Under the pieces are notes generated by a model. That model had not been told where the DNA came from. It saw nothing but the letters and a program-made list of their open reading frames with translations, and made no database searches. From Patescibacteria group bacterium (GTDB lineage: Bacteria > Patescibacteriota > Minisyncoccia > Phycocordibacterales > UBA9973), in assembly GCA_040390725.1 (NCBI GenBank), contig JAZJXT010000001.1, positions 85,070 through 149,069 of the forward strand: a stretch of DNA of 64,000 bases, given 5' to 3'. This document shows, in pieces, positions 56,735 to 64,000 of this stretch. Position numbers and translations under genes: made by a program. Positions within the stretch are counted from its first letter, which is position 1, and each line of letters starts with the position of its first letter.

Positions 56735-57560
56735 ATATCTCCCAAGCTATTTCTTTTTTCCCCTCAGGCAGTACCTTTTTTATTTTAAATTCATTATCTT
56801 CCAAGATAGCTTCCGTTATTATTACTCTTTTATTGTCTTTGAAAAAGAAAATTCTTGGCCAGTTGGCATATGCACGAAATTTGTTGTACAAAATTTTTGG
56901 AGGCTCAACCTCCAAATTTACTAGGCCGTCTTCTTTTTTAATTTTTTTACATTGGGTGGCGATATTTTCATCTTGTGGAATTGGTATGATTTTTCCATTT
57001 ATAAAATCCGGTAAAGTTTTTACTAAAAGTTCTGCGCCGATTTTTATCAAGCGTTTGCGCAGGTCAGGAGCTTTTTCATCAGGCAAAATAGCAGTTTTTT
57101 CTTGCGCTATTATGGGTCCGGCATCCATTTTTAGAATCATTTTTTGAATGCTTATACCTGTTTCAGTATCGCCATTTAATATTGCAGATTCTACCGGGGA
57201 CGCTCCGCGATATTTTGGCAGTAAAGAGTAGTGAACATTTATTGCACCTAATTTAGGCATAGCTAAAACTTCTTCAGGTAATTTTTTCCCATATGCTATG
57301 ACTATTAAAATTTGGAAATCAAAAGTTGAAAGTTTAAATGCAAATTCATTGTCAAAAATTTCCGGTTTTAAGCAAGGTATATTATTTGCTTGAGCAAAAA
57401 TAGCAACGGGGGATTCTTGCACTTGTAAGCCACGACCTTTTCTCGCATCAGGGGAAGTTATTATTAAAGATGGAGTGTAGCCATTTTGTTTTAGTATTTC
57501 CAATGTTTCACTCGCTACATCTGGCGTGCCAAAAAATGCAAAATTTATTTTTTCATTCAT
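56718..57560 (-). CDS. fmt: methionyl-tRNA formyltransferase
   Basis: FAFFGTPDVASETLEIL; formyltransferase core (N, H, D); C-terminal domain; fmt-def arrangement. Confidence 0.88.
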   Translation of the reverse strand: MNEKINFAFFGTPDVASETLEILKQNGYTPSLIITSPDARKGRGLQVQESPVAIFAQANNIPCLKPEIFDNEFAFKLSTFDFQILIVIAYGKKLPEEVLAMPKLGAINVHYSLLPKYRGASPVESAILNGDTETGISIQKMILKMDAGPIIAQEKTAILPDEKAPDLRKRLIKIGAELLVKTLPDFINGKIIPIPQDENIATQCKKIKKEDGLVNLEVEPPKILYNKFRAYANWPRIFFFKDNKRVIITEAILEDNEFKIKKVLPEGKKEIAWEIFNILK

Positions 57561-57561
57561 A

Positions 57562-58113
57562 TTATTTTTGAGGTTTTTCTTCTTTTACTTCTTTTGCATG
57601 GTCGATAAAAAGAATACCATTCAGATGGTCAGTTTCATGTTGAAAAATTTGCGCCAATAGACCGCTTGCGCCACGAGTAAACTTTTTTCCATTTTCATCG
57701 TATGCCTCGGCTGTGGCTTTGATTGAACGATATGTTTTACCATAGAGCCAGCGCACGGACAGGCATCCTTCAGGTAGCCATTTTTTCTCACGGGATAATT
57801 TTGATATTTTTGGATTTATGAAAACAAGATGTTTTATTTCTTTCGGCTCCCTCTCCTTATTAAGGAGAGGGTTGGGGTGAGGTTCTTCTTTTTTCATAAA
57901 ATCATCTTCAAATATTTTTCCGGAAACTAGAAAAATACGCAATGAGTAGCCTATTTGCGGGGCAGCTATGGCCACACCATCACTTTGGCTCTTGAGAGCT
58001 TCTTCCATTTCTTTTAAGATTTTTTTTATTTTTGGAGTGCAAATATCTTTTATAGGCACCTCTTTGGCGACTTCTCTGAGCACTTTTTCTTCTTTTTGAA
58101 CAATATCCTTCAT
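57562..58113 (-). CDS. def: peptide deformylase
   Basis: Motifs G.aA.QIG, EGCLSV and HETDHLNG; 183 aa. Confidence 0.9.
   Translation of the reverse strand: MKDIVQKEEKVLREVAKEVPIKDICTPKIKKILKEMEEALKSQSDGVAIAAPQIGYSLRIFLVSGKIFEDDFMKKEEPHPNPLLNKEREPKEIKHLVFINPKISKLSREKKWLPEGCLSVRWLYGKTYRSIKATAEAYDENGKKFTRGASGLLAQIFQHETDHLNGILFIDHAKEVKEEKPQK
57849..57884 (+). repeat. GC-rich palindromic mini-element (copy B) inside the def ORF, antisense to the gene, translated in frame
   Basis: ccctctcc-ttatta-aggagaggg + ttggggtgaggtt; read on the minus strand as EPHPNPLLNKEREPKE within the def insertion loop. Confidence 0.7.
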
Positions 58114-58145
58114 TGTTTTTAATGGCTATATTCAGCCTAGAATTA

Positions 58146-59444
58146 TTATTTAATTTCTTTTAAATACTCTACTAGTTTGTCGATTTTTATTGTTTCTTGT
58201 GATCTGTTTGACATGTCGCGTACGATGACAGAATTCTCTAATGCTTCTTTTTGTCCAAAAATAAGCGCGTAGGGAACTTGTACTTTTTCAGCGATGGCGA
58301 GCTGGGCGCCAAGATTATCTTTGGATAGCGATTGAGCCATAGGTATGTGTGCCTTTCGTAAAATTTCTATGACATTTAAGCTTTTTAATTTTGCATCTGC
58401 ACCGAGTTGAATAAAATAAACTTTTGGTTTTTTTAGTATGCGAGGGGAGAGTTTTTTGTACCAAGGTGAAGCCACGATACGGTCGACACCGATAGAAAAT
58501 CCAACTGCGGGTACGTCCTTTTTACTGCCGAGTTGTTTACCTAAATAATCGTATCTGCCTCCGGCAGCGAGAGTGAGGGGTGAGCCATCTTCAGATCCAC
58601 CTTGCTGGATAACTTCAAAAACAGTACGTGTATAGTATGAAAGTCCGCGTACTAGATTTTTATTCATATTATATTGTATTCCCATTTCTTCTAAATACTC
58701 TAAAACTTCTGAAAAATGTTTCTTGCAAGAAGGGCAGAGGAAAGACACAGAGTCCGGAGCATTTTCATTTATTTCTTTTGTTTTTTCTTCTTTTGAGTCC
58801 AGTATTCGAAGAGGATTATTTTTTAATCTCTCACGATCCACAGCAGGCAATTGATTGATATGTTTTCTGTAATAATTTGTCAATTCTTTTATGTAGCCAT
58901 TTCGACATTCTTTGTCGCCGATAGAATTTATGTCTATAGAAAGGTTTTGTGCGCCGGCTTCTTCCAATATAGTCATACCGGTTTTTATGACCAATGCATC
59001 CATGATGCTTTTTTCACTACCGAGAGAGTCAACATCGAATTGGTAAAATTGTCTGTAGCGTCCGCGTTGCGGTTTGTCATGTCTAAATGACGGACCGTAT
59101 TGATAAAACATTACAGGCTGAGGAGTGGCCTGCATGCCGTGTTCTATGTATGCGCGCATGAGTGGGGCAGTGTGTTCCGGACGTAAAGCTAAATGATCTC
59201 CACCTTTTGTCTTTAGGGAATATATTTCCTTATCTATAATGTCAGTACCTTCGCCTATGCCGGAAGTAAAAATTTCTTCATATTCCATGATTGGAGTTTC
59301 AATAGGTTTGAAGCCGTAATACACAGCCACTTCTTGAGCTTTTTCAAAAAATCCTTGAAAGCTGTAGTAATCCTCATTCATTATATCTCTCATTCCTTTT
59401 GGTGATGCGAGATCTTTTGTCATTTTTGTTTTTTTAGGATTCAT
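58146..59444 (-). CDS. hisS: histidyl-tRNA synthetase
   Basis: Class II motifs; FRHDKPQRGRYRQFYQFD (motif 2); AAGGRYDYL (HisRS signature); anticodon-binding domain. Confidence 0.92.
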   Translation of the reverse strand: MNPKKTKMTKDLASPKGMRDIMNEDYYSFQGFFEKAQEVAVYYGFKPIETPIMEYEEIFTSGIGEGTDIIDKEIYSLKTKGGDHLALRPEHTAPLMRAYIEHGMQATPQPVMFYQYGPSFRHDKPQRGRYRQFYQFDVDSLGSEKSIMDALVIKTGMTILEEAGAQNLSIDINSIGDKECRNGYIKELTNYYRKHINQLPAVDRERLKNNPLRILDSKEEKTKEINENAPDSVSFLCPSCKKHFSEVLEYLEEMGIQYNMNKNLVRGLSYYTRTVFEVIQQGGSEDGSPLTLAAGGRYDYLGKQLGSKKDVPAVGFSIGVDRIVASPWYKKLSPRILKKPKVYFIQLGADAKLKSLNVIEILRKAHIPMAQSLSKDNLGAQLAIAEKVQVPYALIFGQKEALENSVIVRDMSNRSQETIKIDKLVEYLKEIK

Positions 59445-59448
59445 ATAT

Positions 59449-60057
59449 TTATTCTACTTGTTTGTAATTACCGGGGAGGAATCCGATTTTATTTATTGGT
59501 AAAAGACGTATCAAGGCTCTGCCTACCATCAGATGTTTTGGTACTGGGCCCCAAAACCTGGAATCAGAACTCGCAACTCTGTTGTCGCCCATTACAAAGT
59601 ATTCGTCATTTTTTAATTCGAAATGCACAGTGTCGCTCGCAGGATGTTCTATAAAAGGTTGGTCGAGCTTGAAACCTTGAGGATGTTCTTTGTTGGTAAT
59701 TGTAATTTCGTTTCCTTTTATGTCGACTGTTTCATTGGGTAATCCGATGACTCTTTTTATAAAAAATAATTTTGTGTTATTTGGATATCGAAATATTACT
59801 ACGTCGTCTCTTTTCGGGTTGCCTAGATAGTAAGATATTTCATCCACTATTAAGTATTGTCCGTTTTGAAATGTTGGAACCATTGAAGACCCGGAGACGA
59901 TAAATGGTTGAGCCACAAATATTCGGATAGGGATGACTATGAGTATTGCGATCAAGGCAAAACGAGCTAGTTCCCAAAAAGCTTGCCAGCCACTCTCTTT
60001 TTGTTCTGGGATATTTACATTTTTTAAATTTAAATTATTTATATTTTGTTCTTGCAT
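59449..60057 (-). CDS. lepB: signal peptidase I
   Basis: N-terminal TM; SGSSMVPTF (catalytic Ser); KRVIGLP; GDNRVASSDSRFWG. Confidence 0.88.
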   Translation of the reverse strand: MQEQNINNLNLKNVNIPEQKESGWQAFWELARFALIAILIVIPIRIFVAQPFIVSGSSMVPTFQNGQYLIVDEISYYLGNPKRDDVVIFRYPNNTKLFFIKRVIGLPNETVDIKGNEITITNKEHPQGFKLDQPFIEHPASDTVHFELKNDEYFVMGDNRVASSDSRFWGPVPKHLMVGRALIRLLPINKIGFLPGNYKQVE

Positions 60058-60153
60058 TGCAACATTGTATCATAAAAAGTTCTTGACAGTGTATATAAAT
60101 TTGTTCTCTAATGCTATTTACCTTTTATGTTTTAACTGATATAATTTGTATAT

Positions 60154-60690
60154 ATGAAAATTGTTGTTGGCTTGGGGAATCCTGGAAAAGAATACGAAAA
60201 TACACGGCACAATGCCGGGCGTATTATTGTTAGCATGATTGAAAAAAAATTACAGCAAAATAGTAAACATAAAATTAAATTTATTTTGCCTGATACTTTT
60301 ATGAATAATTCCGGCAAGGTTGTCGCGCCTTTTGTGAAATCACAAAAAGACCTAAAAGATTTGGTAGTTATTTATGATGATATAGATTTACCTTTGGGGA
60401 AAATTAAAATCTCTTTTAATCGTTCTTCTGGCGGGCATAATGGTTTGGGTTCTATTATCAAATCTTTAAAGACCGAAGAATTTTTGCGAATAAGAATAGG
60501 GTTGTGTCCGACTACGCCGACAGGCAAATTAAAAAAGCCAAAAGGAGAGAAGGCTATTTTAAATTTTCTATTAGGAGAATTCAAGAAATCAGAATTAGAC
60601 GAACTCAAAAAACTTTCCAAAAAAGTGGCAGAAGCCGTAGAAATTATTTTTTCCGAAGGCAAAGATAAAGCAATGAGTTTATTTAATTAG
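60154..60690 (+). CDS. pth: peptidyl-tRNA hydrolase
   Basis: MKIVVGLGNPGKEYENTRHNAG (Pth signature 1); DDIDLPLGKIKI...GGHNGL. Confidence 0.92.
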   Translation: MKIVVGLGNPGKEYENTRHNAGRIIVSMIEKKLQQNSKHKIKFILPDTFMNNSGKVVAPFVKSQKDLKDLVVIYDDIDLPLGKIKISFNRSSGGHNGLGSIIKSLKTEEFLRIRIGLCPTTPTGKLKKPKGEKAILNFLLGEFKKSELDELKKLSKKVAEAVEIIFSEGKDKAMSLFN

Positions 60691-60691
60691 T

Positions 60692-61789
60692 TTACTCCAA
60701 GTGCAAAAGAGTCATTTTGTGATCTTTCGGTTCGAATAGAGTAATTTGGAAATTATAAGTCTTTCCTAATGCTAACTTTTCTCGAAGTTTCGCTTCAGAT
60801 CCAAATGTGGAATTGTGTACAAGTCCAGCAACACCTTCTTTGATAGAAATCAAAGCGCCGTGTTTGTTGTACTTGATAACTACACCTTTTATGATGTCAC
60901 CCTTTTTCAATTTACCTTCATATTCTTTCCAAGGATTTTCCTTCAAAGCTTTGATAGAAAGGGAAATCTTGCCATCTTTTATTTCAATAACCTTTGCGCG
61001 GATAGGGTCGCCAACTTTAAACAATGTGCGTGGGTCTTCCACTAGGCCCCAGTCGAGTTCAGAAATGTGCACGAGCCCTTCCAGTTTATCTTCAAGTTTC
61101 AAGAATACTCCGAAGTCTACGATGCCGGCAATGGTGCAATCAAGCTCGTCGCCTACATTGTATTTGTTGAGAATTTCTTTCTTTTCTTCAGGATTATTGT
61201 CTTTTTCAGAGAAAATAAGTTTGCCTTCTTTTGGTAAAGTCGAAATCATCATTACAGAGATTTTCTGACCGACTAATTTCTTCAATTCTTTTAAGATTTT
61301 ATCTTTATCGGAATCAAGCACGCGCGGATAGTGTTCGGCTTTTAATTGTGAAGCAGGCAAGAAACCTTGGATGCCTTGCCATTCCAAAATAAGCCCGCCT
61401 TTGTTTGCGTCTTTAATTTCCAAATCCATCACTGTTTTTGCCTTGATAGCTTTTTCAGCTTCAGACCAAGTGAGGGCTTGTTTTGCTTCTTTCAATGAAA
61501 GCTCTGCATAACCGTCTTCATTTTCCACTTCGACGACTTTTGCTTTTATGATATCACCAGGATTTATTTTCTTGATGATATCTTTCGCATTAATAAACTC
61601 TCGTCCGTAAATGATACCTGTTCCAAAAGGGGAAAGGTCCACATACACTGACGACTTTTTAATCAAAATAACCGGACCTTCAACCAAGGCATCTACCTCG
61701 AGTTTTGTGGCACTTCGGTCTACTATTGATTTCAAGACTAAATTTTCATTTAAGTCTACGACTTCTTCTACTACTTTTGTTTTTTTCAT
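60692..61789 (-). CDS. rpsA: 30S ribosomal protein S1 (short, 4 S1 domains)
   Basis: Four tandem S1 (OB) repeats with the G..v.G.V pattern; 365 aa. Confidence 0.8.
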   Translation of the reverse strand: MKKTKVVEEVVDLNENLVLKSIVDRSATKLEVDALVEGPVILIKKSSVYVDLSPFGTGIIYGREFINAKDIIKKINPGDIIKAKVVEVENEDGYAELSLKEAKQALTWSEAEKAIKAKTVMDLEIKDANKGGLILEWQGIQGFLPASQLKAEHYPRVLDSDKDKILKELKKLVGQKISVMMISTLPKEGKLIFSEKDNNPEEKKEILNKYNVGDELDCTIAGIVDFGVFLKLEDKLEGLVHISELDWGLVEDPRTLFKVGDPIRAKVIEIKDGKISLSIKALKENPWKEYEGKLKKGDIIKGVVIKYNKHGALISIKEGVAGLVHNSTFGSEAKLREKLALGKTYNFQITLFEPKDHKMTLLHLE

Positions 61790-61961
61790 GTTAATTAAAA
61801 AATCCGCATTAAAGCGGATATAAGATTAGGTTCTTTGACCGGAGCCAAAGGGTTATCCCAAATCCATGCTTTTAATAAATATATCAGCCCTAGTTAGGCT
61901 TTGTGCCCATACTACTATATTCATATAAAAATGCAACCTCATCACGTCTGCTTCGCATCCG

Positions 61962-62006
61962 CCCCTCTCTATTTTTACTAAAATGTAGAGGGGTAGGGGT
62001 GAGGTG
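61962..62006 (+). repeat. GC-rich palindromic mini-element (copy C, longer loop), intergenic
   Basis: cccctctcta-tttttactaaaatg-tagagggg + taggggtgaggtg. Confidence 0.65.
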
Positions 62007-62044
62007 ATTTTGTATTGCTTCTTTTTTCTGCTATACTAAATGTC

Positions 62045-62166
62045 ATGATTCCCGTTAGAAGCCGCGGTCGCAGGGAATTTAAATAATATGAAAAAATATA
62101 ACATTATTTATTATAAATATAATTATGCTTGTCGTGGTGTTTTGACCGCGACCTGCTTCTAACGGG
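62045..62166 (+). promoter_or_regulatory. long-range inverted repeat (about 19 bp with a bulge) bracketing an AT-rich spacer of about 65 nt and overlapping the start codon of the downstream MBL-hydrolase gene; candidate 5' leader structure
   Basis: cccgttagaagc..cgcggtc (62048-62067) pairs with gaccgcg..gcttctaacggg (62143-62164); TATACT box at about 62031 upstream; spacer contains a 24-codon micro-ORF (MKKYNIIYYKYNYACRGVLTATCF). Confidence 0.4.
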
Positions 62167-62796
62167 ATGATAATTACATATTTCGGCAAGCAATTTTTTA
62201 AGATAAGCCAAGGCGAGATGGTCGTGGCTTTTAATCCCGTTTCTAAAAGTTCCAAGTCCGGTGTCTCGGCAAAGTTTGGCGCGGATATTGCATTGGTTAC
62301 TACCAATCATCCTGACTACAACGGCCTCGAACAACTCTCGCACGGCGAGCGTGTTCCTTTTGCCATCACTGGCCCGGGGGATTACGAAGTGAAAGAAATT
62401 TTCGTAAAAGGCCTCATGTCTGATTCCGAACTTTCCGGCAAAAAATATATTAACACTATTTACTCATTGGCTGTGGATAATATAAACATTGTTTTCCTTG
62501 GTGCTCTTTCTAATCCGGAAATTTCCAAAGAAGCTCGCGAGGCGATAAATGAACCCGATATTTTATTTGTGCCTGTCGGAGGTAACGGCTTGCTTGACGC
62601 AAAACAATCCGCAAAACTTGCTTCTTCACTCGAGCCGAAGCTTGTCATACCGATGGATTACGATACTGCATCTTTAAAATCTTTTTTGAAAGAAATGGGT
62701 GATGAAAAAGCCGAAGTAATGGATAAATTAACTCTAAAAAGAAAAGACCTAGAAGGTAAAGAGGGGGAAGTGATGGTTCTATCAGCGCAAGGATAA
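62167..62796 (+). CDS. MBL-fold metal-dependent hydrolase (UPF0173-like)
   Basis: N-terminus IITYFGKQFFKI..GEMVVAFNP resembles UPF0173 KITWLGHSAF.I...ILIDPF; C-terminal LFVPVGGNGLLDAKQSAKLASSLEPKLVIPMDYDT. Start may be the later Met at 62218. Confidence 0.6.
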   Translation: MIITYFGKQFFKISQGEMVVAFNPVSKSSKSGVSAKFGADIALVTTNHPDYNGLEQLSHGERVPFAITGPGDYEVKEIFVKGLMSDSELSGKKYINTIYSLAVDNINIVFLGALSNPEISKEAREAINEPDILFVPVGGNGLLDAKQSAKLASSLEPKLVIPMDYDTASLKSFLKEMGDEKAEVMDKLTLKRKDLEGKEGEVMVLSAQG

Positions 62797-62834
62797 AGAT
62801 AATTTAAATATTTTTTAAAAATAAATAATATATT

Positions 62835-63179
62835 ATGAAAGTAAAAATAAAAAAAATAGTTTATCATTTGCGACAACAACCTGTCGAAGACAAGAAGAAA
62901 ATTTTACATTTACTTACTATTGTATGCGTTGTTGTTATGATTATTCTTTGGAGTTATAGTTTGAGCTCAAATTTTAACAATCCTGATACTATAGTGCAAA
63001 TAAAAAATGATATAAAGCCTCTTTCAGCGATAAAGGATAATATGGTTGATGGGTACAAGAGTATTTCTGTGCCGGTACCATATACTACTTCAGATACTAA
63101 TCAAGACACATCAGCAGGCGCAACATCAAATTCTTCCCAGGATCAGGATATAAATTCATACCCAGGTATGATACAATAG
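62835..63179 (+). CDS. hypothetical small membrane-anchored secreted protein
   Basis: Basic N-terminus, one TM, Ser/Thr/Asp-rich tail. Confidence 0.4.
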   Translation: MKVKIKKIVYHLRQQPVEDKKKILHLLTIVCVVVMIILWSYSLSSNFNNPDTIVQIKNDIKPLSAIKDNMVDGYKSISVPVPYTTSDTNQDTSAGATSNSSQDQDINSYPGMIQ

Positions 63180-63184
63180 AGTTC

Positions 63185-64000
63185 ATGGCAAAGAAAATTA
63201 CACAACCAATTGAAGAAGAAGCTCCTCGCACAGACGGAATAATTCCTGTGGATGTCGTGGTGGAAATGAAAGAGTCGTATCTCGCTTATGCGATGTCGGT
63301 TATTACTGCGCGCGCATTGCCGGATGTCAGGGATGGTTTAAAGCCTGTGCACCGCAGAATTTTATTTGCAATGAATGAAATGGGTCTGACATCTTCTGCA
63401 AGATTTCGAAAGTCCGCGGCGGTAGTGGGAGATGTGCTTGGAAAATATCATCCGCATGGCGACACAGCAGTATATGACACTATGGTGGGTATGGCGCAAG
63501 AATTTTCTTATCGTTATCCGCTTATTTTAGGGCAAGGAAACTTCGGTTCGATAGATGGCGACAATGCCGCGGCGATGCGTTATACCGAAGCAAAAATGTC
63601 TAAAATTTCTAACGAACTTTTGCGCGACTTGGAAAAAGAAACCGTTGATTTCAGACCAAACTACGACCAAACAAGAAAAGAGCCGATAGTTTTGCCTTCA
63701 GCTGTGCCTGCGCTTTTATTGAATGGCACGCTCGGTATCGCCGTCGGTATGGCTACAAACATTCCTTCGCACAATTTGGCGGAAGTTTTAGACGCGACGA
63801 ATCATTTAATTGAAAATGAAGATGCCACTACAGAAGACCTTATGCAATTTATCAAAGGCCCAGACTTTCCGACAGGAGGCATTGCTTATGGCAACAAAGA
63901 TATGCTTCACGCATATTCTTCCGGACGAGGCGGGGTAGTCTGCCGAGGTGAAGCTGAAATAGTGGAATTAAAAAATGGAAGTTTCCAGATTATTATCACT
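63185..64000 (+). CDS. gyrA: DNA gyrase subunit A, N-terminal part (continues beyond window end)
   Basis: [12 protein letters not shown]...[25 protein letters not shown]; active-site region ([10 protein letters not shown]); QRDR-like GKYHPHGD; no stop before position 64000. Confidence 0.92.
   Translation, partial: MAKKITQPIEEEAPRTDGIIPVDVVVEMKESYLAYAMSVITARALPDVRDGLKPVHRRILFAMNEMGLTSSARFRKSAAVVGDVLGKYHPHGDTAVYDTMVGMAQEFSYRYPLILGQGNFGSIDGDNAAAMRYTEAKMSKISNELLRDLEKETVDFRPNYDQTRKEPIVLPSAVPALLLNGTLGIAVGMATNIPSHNLAEVLDATNHLIENEDATTEDLMQFIKGPDFPTGGIAYGNKDMLHAYSSGRGGVVCRGEAEIVELKNGSFQIIIT

Noticed and set aside
60807-61268. Plus-strand ORFs 60807-61268 and 60815-61045 inside rpsA
   Set aside because: Antisense to four recognisable S1 domains; low-complexity Ser/Pro-rich translation.

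Overview
The window is a low-GC (about 35%), gene-dense, mostly syntenic stretch of a small bacterial chromosome. The gene content and the many secreted proteins with DUF5666-like repeats suggest a reduced-genome, Patescibacteria/CPR-like organism; that placement is an inference from composition only. I see no CRISPR array, rRNA, transposase, integrase or prophage.

What I can support, in order along the window:
- Core housekeeping genes: ligA, truB, guaA, nrdA and nrdB (class I ribonucleotide reductase), an RNase J, secG, dnaJ, tsf, rpsB, proS, mreB, mreC, tgt, uvrB, hpf, fmt, def, hisS, lepB, pth, rpsA and the 5' end of gyrA.
- Three RNA genes: tRNA-Ser(GGA), tRNA-Thr(TGT) and an RNase P RNA (rnpB) with its own promoter and terminator.
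- Envelope and transport genes: two HlyD-like adaptors followed by a DHA2-type MFS pump, a second MFS transporter, a MacB/FtsX-type permease, an orphan family-5 solute-binding protein, a thioredoxin plus DsbB disulfide pair, DgkA, a membrane fatty-acid desaturase and a patatin-like lipase.
- Large surface proteins: a 1121-aa protein with RCC1 repeats and GLUG motifs, and a 682-aa Thr/Ser-rich protein ending in a peptidoglycan-binding domain.
- A UvrD-type helicase fused to a Cas4/RecB-like iron-sulfur nuclease (1000 aa), apparently co-transcribed with truB, the patatin-like lipase, a TerC/DUF475 membrane protein and the MacB permease.
- A cluster of poorly characterised genes at 21.0-26.4 kb: an unknown 251-aa protein, a C39/transglutaminase-like cysteine peptidase, DoxX, a divergent DUF62 (SAM hydroxide adenosyltransferase fold) protein preceded by a Met-rich micro-ORF and a terminator, a Cys-motif membrane protein and a GH3-family adenylating enzyme.
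- An orphan TraG/HerA-like P-loop ATPase and a deoxyhypusine-synthase-like protein.

The most unusual signal is a family of short GC-rich palindromic mini-elements. Two copies sit in-frame inside conserved genes (ligA and def, in opposite orientations relative to the host gene), and further copies are intergenic. tgt and uvrB carry other GC-rich in-frame insertions of about 90 nt; the uvrB one has terminal inverted repeats. Together these point to a Rickettsia-palindromic-element-like phenomenon.

Other points worth a second look:
- The tRNA-Thr gene is followed by two degenerate partial copies of its 5' half at about 75-bp spacing.
- A long-range inverted repeat overlaps the start of an MBL-fold hydrolase gene.
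- RNase J carries a basic N-terminal extension of about 110 aa.
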